In this document: piece by piece, positions 10,144 to 19,833 of the stretch
How positions within the stretch are numbered: position 1 is the first letter of the stretch
Layout: each line of letters opens with the position of its first letter
Source: an uncultured Senegalimassilia sp.
GTDB lineage: Bacteria; Actinomycetota; Coriobacteriia; Coriobacteriales; Eggerthellaceae
DNA: 64,000 bases
Assembly (NCBI RefSeq): GCF_934630535.1
Contig: NZ_CAKTVU010000002.1
Coordinates: 179,720-243,719 of the forward strand
Direction of reading: 5' to 3'
Notes under the pieces: model-generated
Seen by the model: only the letters and a program-made list of their open reading frames with translations
The model's database searches: none
Told to the model about the DNA's origin: nothing
Made by a program: the position numbers and the translations under genes

Positions 10144-11305
10144 GGGTGTGCTCCTTAGGCGCTAGCGGGCTGAACGAAACGGAGAAACCGGCGTTGATAA
10201 GGTGCGCCGACAGCTTGCCGATGTCGCCTTCGTCGGTAAGCACGAGCGAGAGCACGGCCGAGTCCTCGGTGACGTGATCGATCTCGATGGACTGGATGTT
10301 GCACCCCACCTTGCTGGTGATGGTGGTGACCTCGGCGACCACGCCGGGGCGGTCCTCCATGGGAATGCGCACCTCCAGCAGGCGCTCGGTGCACGGCAGC
10401 CATGCGGCCGGCAGCGCGCGGCGCGCGTCGGCGGCCTCGGCGAGCAGGCTGGTCAGCGTTGCGCGATCGCCCGCCTCGAGCGCGTCGGCGAACTGCCCGA
10501 TGATGCCCTGCATCTCGCGCAAACCACCCAAAAGCGCGTCCTTGTTGTCGAAGGCGATGCCGCACCACAACTCGGGCGAGCCGGCCGCGATGCGCGTGGA
10601 ATCCTTGAACCCGCCCGCTGCCAGGCGCATAAGCGAATCCTGGCCCTCGGCGTGACGCACGGCAAGCTGCACGAGCGAGCTGGCCGTGAAATGCGGAACG
10701 TGGCTGACCACGGCAACCGCCGCGTCATGCTGCTCGCGCGGCAGGCTGATCACGCGCGCGCCGATGCCGGTGATCAGCTCGTGCAAGCGCGTGAAATGCT
10801 CCGCCGGCGTATCGGCATCGGGGCACAAGATCCAGTACGCGCCCTTGAACAGGTCCGCACGGGCGCCCGAGATGCCGTTCTTCTCGGAACCGGCCATGGG
10901 GTGGCCGGGAACGAAGTTCTGCGGATATGGAAGCGTGTGCGCGGCCATTTCGATGATGCGGCCCTTCGTGGAGGCGGTATCGGTGATGATGCCGCGATAG
11001 CCCCACTCGGCCAGGTCCTTCAAATAGCCTTCCACCACGCTGACGGGCGTGGCCAAAACCACCAGGTCGCAGCCGTCTTCGATGAACGCGCGGAACTCCG
11101 CGGCATCGGGGGCGGCGGTTGCGGTGGCCCAATCCCTGTTGACGGCCTCGACGCGAGTGGCCAGGTCGGTGTCGACGGCCATGACCTGCGCCGAAGGGTT
11201 CGCCCCGCGCAATGCGGCGGCGAAGCTGGCGCCGATGAGGCCGAAGCCGATGACGGCTACGCGTTCGAAGCCGCCGGTTTTCGCTTGATCGATTGTTTGT
11301 GCCAT
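10133..11305 (-). CDS. tyrA: Prephenate dehydrogenase with C-terminal ACT domain
   Basis: GFGLIG, HPMAGSE, SHVPH, GGFKDSTRIA, ACT motif DRPGVVAEV. Start re-called at 11305. Confidence 0.92.
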   Translation of the reverse strand: MAQTIDQAKTGGFERVAVIGFGLIGASFAAALRGANPSAQVMAVDTDLATRVEAVNRDWATATAAPDAAEFRAFIEDGCDLVVLATPVSVVEGYLKDLAEWGYRGIITDTASTKGRIIEMAAHTLPYPQNFVPGHPMAGSEKNGISGARADLFKGAYWILCPDADTPAEHFTRLHELITGIGARVISLPREQHDAAVAVVSHVPHFTASSLVQLAVRHAEGQDSLMRLAAGGFKDSTRIAAGSPELWCGIAFDNKDALLGGLREMQGIIGQFADALEAGDRATLTSLLAEAADARRALPAAWLPCTERLLEVRIPMEDRPGVVAEVTTITSKVGCNIQSIEIDHVTEDSAVLSLVLTDEGDIGKLSAHLINAGFSVSFSPLAPKEHTHVG

Positions 11306-11521
11306 AAGGCGATGCAGACCTTCCGGATCCGATCTAGGATAGGACGTTGCGGGCAAGCCGGCATCGCATCGGCAAACGCAAAACCGCCGCGCAGGTCGAA
11401 GAAGGCCCGCGACAAGGCGAAACGCCGAATTCGCAAACACCAGCAGTTTACCCGGGTGCCCATTATAGCCGTTTCCCGGCAGCGCACAGCCCATCGCCCC
11501 ACGCAAGCACGAGGGCAACAC

Positions 11522-11601
11522 GAACAGGGGACGGAGGTGCGTTCACGGTTGCCCTTTCATTTCCCGAAGAGCCCTCGTGAACGCACCTCCGTCCCCTGTT
11601 C
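11522..11601. repeat. REP-doublet (REPIN)/MITE-like palindrome, copy 1
   Basis: Perfect 26-bp inverted arms GAACAGGGGACGGAGGTGCGTTCACG (11522-11547 and 11576-11601) around a 28-bp spacer. Confidence 0.8.
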
Positions 11602-11628
11602 ACGCGCCCCTGCACTGCCGGCGACCCT

Positions 11629-12510
11629 CTACTTAATAGACGCGTGCAGCGCCGCCACCTCTTCGGGGGTGAGCTCGCGCCACTGGCCGCGGGGCAGGTC
11701 GCCCAGTTCGATGGGGCCGAAGCTGTCGCGGTGCAGGGCCAAAACGCCGTGCTTGATAGCTGACAGCATGCGCTTGACCTGGCGCTTCCTTCCCTCTCGC
11801 AGCACCACGCGCACCACGGCGCGCTGCTGGGAGCGCTTGCGCAGGATGGCGGCGCGTTGCGGGCTGGGCACGCTGCCGTTGGGCTCGTGGTCGGGCACGG
11901 CGGGCGGCACCTCCAGCATGGACAGCGCGCGCTTCGCTTCCGCGCCCTCCACCAGCGAGGCTTTCGCGGGCGCGGTCATGCCGTCGTCAAGCTGGATGCC
12001 CTGCTCAAGCTGGGCAAGCTGCTCGGGCGTGGGCTTGCCGTTCACCAACGCAAGATAGCGCTTCTCCACGTGATGACGCGGGTGCAAAAGGCCGTTTCCC
12101 AGCTCGCCGTCGGTGCTGAACAGCAGAAGCCCCGTGGTGTCGAAGTCCAAACGTCCGATGGGGAACAGCCCCGGGAAACGGTCGGTGGGCACAAGCTCGG
12201 CAACCGTGGGACGGCCCTGCGGGTCGGACATGGTGGTCACGTAACCGGCAGGTTTGTGCAGCATGATAGTGACGGGTCCGCCCTCCAAGCGCACGGGCAC
12301 GCCGTCGACGGCCACCTGGTCGACCAGCGGGTCAACCTTGCTTCCCAGCTCGGTAACCACCTGGCCGTTCACCGTCACGCGCCCCGCCGTCATGAGGTTC
12401 TCCGACCCACGACGACTTGCCGCGCCGGCGCGCGCCAGGAACTTCTGCAGGCGCATGGGCACAAGGCGCTCCTCGGGCTGCGTTTGATTGGGTTTAAGTT
12501 GCCTGGTCAT
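11629..12510 (-). CDS. rluB: 23S rRNA pseudouridine synthase (RluB/RsuA family)
   Basis: S4 domain RLQKFLARAG, GRLDFDTTGLLL, EGRKRQVKRM. Downstream of scpAB. Confidence 0.88.
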   Translation of the reverse strand: MTRQLKPNQTQPEERLVPMRLQKFLARAGAASRRGSENLMTAGRVTVNGQVVTELGSKVDPLVDQVAVDGVPVRLEGGPVTIMLHKPAGYVTTMSDPQGRPTVAELVPTDRFPGLFPIGRLDFDTTGLLLFSTDGELGNGLLHPRHHVEKRYLALVNGKPTPEQLAQLEQGIQLDDGMTAPAKASLVEGAEAKRALSMLEVPPAVPDHEPNGSVPSPQRAAILRKRSQQRAVVRVVLREGRKRQVKRMLSAIKHGVLALHRDSFGPIELGDLPRGQWRELTPEEVAALHASIK

Positions 12511-12552
12511 GATTCTCCCATCACAGGTCGGTCGAAGTAGGCGGGGAAACGG

Positions 12553-13530
12553 TTACTCGTCGTCGGTTTCGAACTTCAGGCTGTCGAAGTCGATCTTCTC
12601 CACCAGCCCGAAGCTTTGCGCCATGGCATCGGCAAGCATCTGCTGCGCGGCGCTGCTCGCCGGGCCGTCGCCGGCCGGGAACGCGGCCGGCGAACCCGAT
12701 GCGTCACGAGCCGGGTCATCGGCGGCGGACTCCCCGTCGGCGGCAAACGCCTGCTGCCCGTCCGCCGAGGCGCGCTCAGGCGCCGCCTGCCGCGGCCCGC
12801 CAGCTTCGCCGGCCGCGTTCGCGCCGCCCGCACCCTGCTGCGAGGTCAACGCTCCGCCGGCGCCTTCGTCATCGAAGTCGAACTGCAGGCCATCGAACGG
12901 ATCGGCGTCTTCCCCATTCGGCACCTGCGCCTCGGGCGCCACACGCGCCTCCTGCCCGCCCGCGCTCAAGCGCTCGCGGATGAGCTGGCGCGTGGCGTCA
13001 TCGGGCGCGAACTCGTCCAGATTCGGCAGGTCGCGCACCGAGCGCAGCCCGAACTTCTCCAGAAAGCCGCGCGTGGTGGCGTACAGCGTGGGGTTGCCCG
13101 GCGCGTCGGCCTGCCCCGCCTCGCGGATCAACCCCTTCTCCACCAGGGAGTTTATGGAGCTGTCGGAGTTCACGCCGCGCACGCTGGCAACGCCGGCGCG
13201 CGTGCAGGGCTGCAGGTACGCCACGATGGCGAGCGTTTCCATGGCCGCCTGCGAAAGCTTGCGCGTGTCCCACGACAGCACGTACTTCTCCACCAGGCTA
13301 TGGTAAGCCGGGTGCGTGTACAGCCGCCAGCCGCCGGCCACCTCGCGCAGCTGGATGCCGCGCTGCTCGCGCTCCAGCTTCTCGCGCAGGTCCACCAGCG
13401 CCTGCTCGACCAGCTTCGGGTCGGCTTCCACCATGTCGGCCAGCTCGATGACGCCGACCGGCTCGTCGGTGACGAACAGCATGGCCTCTATGGCGCCGGG
13501 CAGTTGCGCCTGATCAAGTCCTTCGAACAT
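12553..13530 (-). CDS. scpB: SMC-Scp complex subunit ScpB
   Basis: IEAMLFV, VAGGWRL, LSQAAMETLAIVAYLQP, RGVNS, LYATT..FL..FGL, followed by a low-complexity acidic tail. Confidence 0.94.
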   Translation of the reverse strand: MFEGLDQAQLPGAIEAMLFVTDEPVGVIELADMVEADPKLVEQALVDLREKLEREQRGIQLREVAGGWRLYTHPAYHSLVEKYVLSWDTRKLSQAAMETLAIVAYLQPCTRAGVASVRGVNSDSSINSLVEKGLIREAGQADAPGNPTLYATTRGFLEKFGLRSVRDLPNLDEFAPDDATRQLIRERLSAGGQEARVAPEAQVPNGEDADPFDGLQFDFDDEGAGGALTSQQGAGGANAAGEAGGPRQAAPERASADGQQAFAADGESAADDPARDASGSPAAFPAGDGPASSAAQQMLADAMAQSFGLVEKIDFDSLKFETDDE

Positions 13531-14322
13531 CTATTCCTCCCCAACCGACGTCAGCGCGTCGTCGCCGTCCAGCAAAAGCTCGCCCGAGCCCTCGATGTAC
13601 TCGATGTCGATGTCGCCGAACAGCTGGCTTTGCTCCACGCGAACCATGGAGCGCTTGTACAGCTCGAGCACCGCCAAAAACGTGACCACCACCAGCGGTG
13701 TTGGCGTATCATCGGCGACCAGCTGCGAAAAGCGCAGCTGCTTGAGGTTGCGGATGCGCTGATGGATGGCGCGCACGTGCACTTCCACCGGGATGGGCTT
13801 CGCGGCGATGTGCTCGCTTTCCAGCAGAAACACCTCGCGCTGCGCCAACGCGCGGGCGGCAAGCAGCGCGAGCGAGTCAAGCGACACGTCGCGCAAAAAG
13901 TCGGGCATGAGATTCAGGAAGCACGCCTCGGGGCCGAACGGGCGCGGGTGCATGCGACCCTCGGTGACGAAGCGGGCGTGCAGCGCGGCGGCGGCGTTCT
14001 TGTACTGCTTGTACTCCAGCAGGCGCTCCACCAGCATGTCGCGCGCCTCGGAGGGCGCCAGCTCGGCGATGTCGTCCTCCACCTCGATATGCTCGCGCGG
14101 CAGCAGGCTTTGCGCCTTGATCTCCAGCAGCGTGCTGGCCACCAGCAGAAAATCGCTGGCGACGTCCAGGTCAAGGTTTTGCATGCGGCCCACTTCGGCC
14201 AGATACTGGTCGGCGATCTGCGTGATGTTGATGGCGCCGATGTCAATCTTCTGGCGGCTGACCAGGTACAACAGCAGATCGAACGGCCCTTCGAAGCTGT
14301 CGGTGCGAACGCGATACGACAC
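13531..14322 (-). CDS. scpA: Segregation and condensation protein ScpA
   Basis: FEGPFDLLLYL, ASDFLLVASTLLEIKA, VTFLAVLEL. Confidence 0.95.
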   Translation of the reverse strand: MSYRVRTDSFEGPFDLLLYLVSRQKIDIGAINITQIADQYLAEVGRMQNLDLDVASDFLLVASTLLEIKAQSLLPREHIEVEDDIAELAPSEARDMLVERLLEYKQYKNAAAALHARFVTEGRMHPRPFGPEACFLNLMPDFLRDVSLDSLALLAARALAQREVFLLESEHIAAKPIPVEVHVRAIHQRIRNLKQLRFSQLVADDTPTPLVVVTFLAVLELYKRSMVRVEQSQLFGDIDIEYIEGSGELLLDGDDALTSVGEE

Positions 14323-14337
14323 GATGCCCCGCCGCCC

Positions 14338-15024
14338 CTACGAAATGGCGAAGGGGAACAGCAGGTTGCCCAGATTGCCGGCGGTGACGTCCAGGTAGAT
14401 GCCGAACACGTTCACGTGGATGATATACGGCAGCAAGATGGCCACGATCATGAAGATCGGGAACGCGTACTGCTGCACCTTGTAATACTTCGGCAGCCAC
14501 TTCACGGGCATGAAGAACGCGAAGATGGAGCTGCCGTCCAGCGGCGGAATGGGCAGCAGGTTGAAGAACATAAGGTACAGGTTGATCAGCGCGAACATGG
14601 GCAAAAACATCAGGTAGAAGTAGAAGAACGTCTGGCTTTGCACCACCCACTGCGCAACGGGCGCGAACCCGTAGAGCACCCACGCGACCACTGCCGCCAG
14701 CACGGCGAGCAACAGGTTGGCGGCAGGGCCCGCCAAGCCCACGATCAGGTCGCCCTTGCGCGGGTCCTTGAAGTACGCGGGGTTGTACGGCACCGGCTTG
14801 GCATAGCCGAACACGGGCATGTTCATGGCCATAAGCAAGAACGGCATGATAACGGTGCCGAACGGGTCGACGTGCGCAAGCGGGTTGAACGACAGGCGCC
14901 CCGCGCGCTTGGCGGTGGGGTCGCCCAGTTTCCAGGCAGCAAAGCCGTGCGCCATCTCGTGCAACACGATGGCGGGAACGAAGCTCAAGATGGAGCAGAT
15001 GAGATGAGGAAGTTGTGTAGTCAT
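14338..15024 (-). CDS. Site-2 protease family (peptidase M50) membrane protein
   Basis: HEMAH, GDPTA..GRLS.NPLAH.DPFGT, AGPAAN, FNLLPIPPLDG. Confidence 0.92.
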   Translation of the reverse strand: MTTQLPHLICSILSFVPAIVLHEMAHGFAAWKLGDPTAKRAGRLSFNPLAHVDPFGTVIMPFLLMAMNMPVFGYAKPVPYNPAYFKDPRKGDLIVGLAGPAANLLLAVLAAVVAWVLYGFAPVAQWVVQSQTFFYFYLMFLPMFALINLYLMFFNLLPIPPLDGSSIFAFFMPVKWLPKYYKVQQYAFPIFMIVAILLPYIIHVNVFGIYLDVTAGNLGNLLFPFAIS

Positions 15025-15365
15025 AATCGCATTATTATAACGCCACGAACGCCGATGCGAAACCGTCAACCAACCTGAAACCTATTCGTAATGCCAATAG
15101 GCACAAGCAAACTTGATAGATACCCGAGACGACGACCCGGCGGCTGGCACCCAGCCCTCCACCCGCCACAACAACAGATACGTCCACAAGAAGAAGGGGC
15201 GCGCAAAACCGGCAACGATTTTCCTGATGCTAGGCTGACGCAACCCCAGACATCCCCGCACTCACCGCAACAAAGCAAACAGCACAAGCTCGACCAACAA
15301 CGCGGAGGATCGTACGCGAGTCCGGTCGGCCTAACGGGGGACGGGAGGCGCGGGTGCAAACCTGA

Positions 15366-15540
15366 AAGCGACTTCTGGGCGGTTTCGTAGATTTAGACCC
15401 CAGAATTTGACATGGTTCCCGAAATTCTGGGCGGTTTTTTCGGAGGTCTATCGAACAAACGGCCGAAATACCACCCAGAACTCCGCAGATGGCGTCATTT
15501 TCAGGCGCCATGAGCTGCAAAACCGTCCAGAAGTTGGCTT
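15366..15540. repeat. Cluster of short TTCTGGGCGGTTT-type units in both orientations
   Basis: Units at about 15372-15385 (+), 15398-15408 (-), 15423-15439 (+), 15470-15482 (-) and 15519-15536 (-). The outer copies form an imperfect inverted repeat. Confidence 0.5.
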
Positions 15541-15634
15541 CGCCCTTTCGGCATCCCCAGCAGTACGCCGCCAACGCGCAACCCTGCAACTCGCAAGCAA
15601 GCGCCACGCATGGCACATGCTCTCCACACAGCGT

Positions 15635-15825
15635 CAAAACGGGTGGGCAGCCATCACTGCCACCCACCCGCTGGGAAACGTTATCGCCTATCGCGTAATC
15701 GCAACGCGCAACCACGCAGCTCGCACGCAACCGCAACGCGCAGCGCGCACCAATCGGGCGGACGCAAAACGGGCGGACGGCCTTTGCGGCCACCCGCCCG
15801 CTGGAAAGCGTTATCGCTTATCGCG
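15635..15825 (-). terminator. Duplicated intrinsic terminator downstream of serC
   Basis: Two ~60-bp copies (15635-15695 and 15765-15825, offset 130). Each is a GC hairpin followed by TTTTG on the minus strand. Confidence 0.6.
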
Positions 15826-15828
15826 AAC

Positions 15829-16911
15829 TTACGCGTTCTCGCGCTCGAACTTGTCCATGAACTGGACCAACGCCTCGACGCCGGCCTTGGGCATGGCGTT
15901 GTAGATGCTGGCGCGCATGCCGCCGACGCTGCGATGACCCTTGATGTTCTCGATGCCCGCGGCCTTCGCCTCGGCGATGAACTTCGCGTCCAGCTCGGGG
16001 TTGCCCGTGACGAACGGCACGTTCATGAGCGAGCGGAACTCCTTCTTCGCAGTGCCGCTGAACAGCTTGGATTGATCCAGGTAGTCGTAGAGGATGGCGG
16101 CCTTCTCCTCGTTGAGCTTCTGCATGGCCTCGAGGCCGCCCAGGCCCTTGAGCCACTGGAACACCTTGCCGCACATGTAGATGCCGTAGCACGGCGGGGT
16201 GTTGGACAGGCTGCCGGTGTCGGCCTGCGTCTTGTAGCGCATGATGGTGGGCGTGAACGGCAGCACGTCCTCGCGGATCAGGTCGTCGCGCACGATGACG
16301 ATGACCACGCCTGCCGGGCCGACGTTTTTCTGCACGCCGCCATAGATCAGACCGTACTTCGACACGTCCATGGGCTCGGAGAGGAACATGCTGGAAACGT
16401 CGGAGACCAGCGGGATGTCGCCGGTTTCGGGCAGCTTGGTGTAGCGGTTGCCGTAGACGGTCTCGTTCTGGCAGATGTAGACGTAATCAGCGTCGGGGCT
16501 GAACGTGAGGCCGTCGACGTCGGGCACATAGGTGAAGTTCTCGTCCTCGGAGCTGGCGATGCAGCGGGCGTCGCCGTAGAGCTTGGCCTCCTTGAAGGCC
16601 TTCTTCGACCAGTTGCCCGACACGATGTAGTCGGCGACCTTGTTCTGCATGAGGTTCATGGGAATGGCCGCGAACTGCTGCGTGGCGCCGCCCTGCAGGA
16701 ACAGCACGCGGTAGTTGTCGGGGATGTTCATGAGGTCGCGGATGTCCTGCTCAGCGGTCTCGATGATGCCCTTGAACGCGGCAGAGCGGTGCGACATCTC
16801 CATCACGGACATGCCGGTGCCCTGATAATCGAGCATTTCCGCGGCGGCGGAGGACAGCACCTCCTCGGGGAGCACTGCCGGACCGGCCGAGAAATTGTAC
16901 ACGCGAGCCAT
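15829..16911 (-). CDS. serC: Phosphoserine aminotransferase
   Basis: YNFSAGPAVLP, MEMSHRS, GGVQKNVGPAG, NTPP, GHRSVGGMRASIYNA. RBS AAGGAGG. Confidence 0.97.
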   Translation of the reverse strand: MARVYNFSAGPAVLPEEVLSSAAAEMLDYQGTGMSVMEMSHRSAAFKGIIETAEQDIRDLMNIPDNYRVLFLQGGATQQFAAIPMNLMQNKVADYIVSGNWSKKAFKEAKLYGDARCIASSEDENFTYVPDVDGLTFSPDADYVYICQNETVYGNRYTKLPETGDIPLVSDVSSMFLSEPMDVSKYGLIYGGVQKNVGPAGVVIVIVRDDLIREDVLPFTPTIMRYKTQADTGSLSNTPPCYGIYMCGKVFQWLKGLGGLEAMQKLNEEKAAILYDYLDQSKLFSGTAKKEFRSLMNVPFVTGNPELDAKFIAEAKAAGIENIKGHRSVGGMRASIYNAMPKAGVEALVQFMDKFERENA

Positions 16912-17120
16912 GCTGAACCTCCTTGGGTTGACTAATGGGATGCAGCGCGCCCGCAACACGCGGGTCGGCGCCGGACGCGGGACGCAAGCGCGTTCCGCAC
17001 CGACTCAGTATGGCCCTTTCGCATGTTGAACCTACCGGCGATACGGGATTTGCAGGCAAACGGCGAAGGCGCTCCGCGGGCGGCGGGCCGCCGCCCGCGC
17101 ACATGGAGAAACGATGGGAA

Positions 17121-17148
17121 CTTTACAGCTGTCAAGTCAGCTGTAAAG
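17121..17148. promoter_or_regulatory. Putative NiaR operator upstream of nadA
   Basis: CTTTACAGCTG-TCAAGT-CAGCTGTAAAG, with perfect 11-bp arms resembling the Firmicute NiaR box ACAnnTGTCnnGACAnnTGT. niaR lies in the same operon. Confidence 0.8.
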
Positions 17149-17199
17149 TTTTGCGGCATACTGCAGCGTCAAATAACCGCACGGAAGCATGGAGCGAAC

Positions 17200-18198
17200 A
17201 TGAGCGAGCAGGGCATCGAAAACAACGCAGGGCAAACCGGCGCAGGCGCGCAGACGGCAAGCGCAGCCGAGTCCATCGCAGCGCTGACCCAGGAAATAGC
17301 GCAGCTGAAAGAGCAACGCGATGCCGTGATCTTGGCGCACTACTACGTGCCGCCCGAGGTGCAGGCCGCTGCCGACTACGTCGGCGATAGCTTCGCCTTG
17401 GCGAAACTGGCCGTCGACCTGCCGCAACAGACCATCGTGCTGTGCGGCGTGGAGTTCATGGGCGAATCGGCGAAGCTGCTCAATCCGGACAAGACCGTGC
17501 TTTTGCCCGAGCCCGCCGCCGACTGCCCCATGGCGCACATGATCAGCAAGCCCGATATCGACCGCGTGCGCGCCGAATACGGCGACGACCTGGCCGTCGT
17601 GTGCTACGTCAACTCCACCGCCGAGGCGAAGACCTGGTCCGACGTGTGCGTGACCTCCTCGAACGCCGTGAAGATCTGCAGCAACCTGCCGCAGCGCAAC
17701 ATCCTGTTCATCCCCGACATGAACCTGGGCCGCTACGTGGCTAGCCAGCTGCCCGACAAGAACGTCATCCTGAACAAGGGTTATTGCCCGCGCCACATGA
17801 CCATCAGCGTGGAGCAGATCATCGACCTGGAGGAAGCCCACCCCGACGCCGTGGTCATGGCGCACCCCGAGTGCCCGGCCGACGTACTCGCCGAGGCCGA
17901 CTTCATCGGGTCGACGAAGGGCATGATCGAGCACGCCGCCGCATCGGACGCGCAGGAGTTCATCGTGTGCACCGTGGTCGGCATCATCCGCGAGCTCGAG
18001 CTGCGCACGCAAGGCACGGGCAAGCGCTTCCACTTCCCCGCCACCACGCCGCGCTGCGAGAACATGGACCTGGTCACGCTGCCGAAGCTGGCCGCATGCC
18101 TGCGCAACCCCGCCCCGTACGAGGTGCACGTCGGCGACGAGCTGGCCCCCGCGGCGCGTCTGACGCTCGAGCGCATGCTGGAGTACGCGGCAAAGTAG
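17200..18198 (+). CDS. nadA: Quinolinate synthase
   Basis: ILAHYY, GDSFAL, CGVEFMGE, CPMA, YVNS, TSSNA, AHPEC, C-terminal Fe-S Cys. Confidence 0.96.
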   Translation: MSEQGIENNAGQTGAGAQTASAAESIAALTQEIAQLKEQRDAVILAHYYVPPEVQAAADYVGDSFALAKLAVDLPQQTIVLCGVEFMGESAKLLNPDKTVLLPEPAADCPMAHMISKPDIDRVRAEYGDDLAVVCYVNSTAEAKTWSDVCVTSSNAVKICSNLPQRNILFIPDMNLGRYVASQLPDKNVILNKGYCPRHMTISVEQIIDLEEAHPDAVVMAHPECPADVLAEADFIGSTKGMIEHAAASDAQEFIVCTVVGIIRELELRTQGTGKRFHFPATTPRCENMDLVTLPKLAACLRNPAPYEVHVGDELAPAARLTLERMLEYAAK

Positions 18199-18207
18199 GT
18201 GGCGAAT

Positions 18208-19833
18208 ATGAGCGAAGAGAACGAATTTGCTGGCGAAATGGCCGCTGCACCTGCGGAAACGGCGGTAGCAGATGCGATTTGCGCGCATGCCGGTGACCGA
18301 TTGCAACCGACATGCGACGGCGCCGCCGGGGTGCGCGATATCGCCTGCGACGTGGTCATCGTCGGCTGCGGCGTGGCGGGGCTGTACTGCGCGCTCAACC
18401 TTCCCTCCACGCTTTCCGTGGTGATGTTGGCGAAGACGACCGTGGACGAATGCGACTCCATGCTGGCGCAAGGCGGCATCTGCGTGCAGCACGACGACGC
18501 CGACTACGCGCCCTTCTTCGAGGACACCCTACGCGCGGGCCATTACGAGAACCGCTGCGAAAGCGTGGATTTGATGATCCGCGCAAGCCGCAGCATCATC
18601 TCCGACCTGGTGAAACGCGGCGTTGACTTCGAGCGCGACCAGGCAGACAACCTGCGCTACACCCGCGAGGGCGCGCACAGCCGCCCGCGCATCTGCTTCC
18701 ACAGCGACATCACCGGCGACGAGATAACCTCCACGCTGCTGGCCCGCGTACGCGAGCTGCCCAACGTCCGCATCCTCGAGCACACCTGCATGGACGACAT
18801 CCTGGTCGCACGAGACGGCGGCGAGCCCCGTCAGCCGCAGAGGCGCTGCTGCGGCGTCCTCGCGCACACCGCCGATGGGGCGCAGCTGCGCATCTTCGCA
18901 GGTCAGACGCTTTGGGCCTGCGGCGGCATAGGCGGCACGTACCCGCGCTCCACCAACTTCCCCAGCCTTACCGGCGACGCGTGCGCCATCGCCGCGCGCC
19001 ACGGCATCGCCCTCGAGCACATGGACTACGTGCAGATCCATCCCACCTCCCTGTACTCGACGCAGCCGGGCCGGGCGTTTCTGATCTCGGAATCGTGCCG
19101 CGGCGAAGGGGCGGTCCTGCTCGATGCTGACGGGCGGCGCTTCACCGACGAGCTGCAGCCGCGCGACGTGGTGAGCGCGGCCATATATCGGCAGATGGCC
19201 GCAGAAGGCTCGGATTACGTGCGCCTTTCTTTCGCCAACGTGCCGAAAGACGAGGTCACAGGGCACTTCAAAAACATCTACAAGCGTTGCCTGGAAGAAG
19301 GGTTCGACATCACGCGCGAGCCCATCCCCGTCGTGCCCGCGCAGCACTACTTCATGGGCGGCGTGCGGGTGGACCGCAACAGCGCCACGGACATGCCGGG
19401 GCTCTACGCTGCCGGCGAGACCAGCTGCAACGGCGTGCACGGGAAGAACCGCCTGGCCAGCAACTCGCTGCTCGAGGCGCTCGTGTTCGCCCAGCGCGCC
19501 GCGTGGGATATGTGCCGCAAGCTGGGCGTGAAGGCGCCCGTCGCGCAAACCTACCCCGAGCAACCCTGCGACACCGATGCGCAGGCATACGAGCGCCTCT
19601 GCGCCGAAGCCGAGCGCAAAACCCGCGAAAACGCGGCGCAAAGCAAGCCGCAAAACGCAACGCAAACCTGCCCGCAAAACGCGATGCAATGCGAGTCGCA
19701 AACCAGCCCGCATAACGCTGGGCAAACCAGGCCTCAAACCTGCCTGCAAAACGCAACGCAAACCTGCCCGCAAAACCCTTCCCCGTCCGATACCGATCGC
19801 ACCGCAAGCTCCAAGGAGGTCGTTTGCGCATGA
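18208..19833 (+). CDS. nadB: L-aspartate oxidase
   Basis: GCGVAG FAD motif, AQGGI, EGAHS..RI, QIHPT, SESCRGEG, HYFMGG, HGKNRLASNSLLE. The C-terminus is low-complexity repeats. Confidence 0.94.
   Translation: MSEENEFAGEMAAAPAETAVADAICAHAGDRLQPTCDGAAGVRDIACDVVIVGCGVAGLYCALNLPSTLSVVMLAKTTVDECDSMLAQGGICVQHDDADYAPFFEDTLRAGHYENRCESVDLMIRASRSIISDLVKRGVDFERDQADNLRYTREGAHSRPRICFHSDITGDEITSTLLARVRELPNVRILEHTCMDDILVARDGGEPRQPQRRCCGVLAHTADGAQLRIFAGQTLWACGGIGGTYPRSTNFPSLTGDACAIAARHGIALEHMDYVQIHPTSLYSTQPGRAFLISESCRGEGAVLLDADGRRFTDELQPRDVVSAAIYRQMAAEGSDYVRLSFANVPKDEVTGHFKNIYKRCLEEGFDITREPIPVVPAQHYFMGGVRVDRNSATDMPGLYAAGETSCNGVHGKNRLASNSLLEALVFAQRAAWDMCRKLGVKAPVAQTYPEQPCDTDAQAYERLCAEAERKTRENAAQSKPQNATQTCPQNAMQCESQTSPHNAGQTRPQTCLQNATQTCPQNPSPSDTDRTASSKEVVCA
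19620..19778 (+). repeat. ~12-bp-period tandem repeat (GCAAAAC/GCAAACC core) encoding the NadB tail
   Basis: QNATQTCP-type units repeated within the nadB 3' end. Confidence 0.75.

Noticed and set aside
12553..12960. ScpB C-terminal extension as a fused domain
   Set aside because: Low-complexity Ala/Gly/Asp-rich, probably disordered tail of a kind common in actinobacterial ScpB.
16912..17110. Riboswitch or T-box upstream of serC
   Set aside because: GC-rich hairpins are present, but I could not identify any conserved riboswitch or T-box signature.
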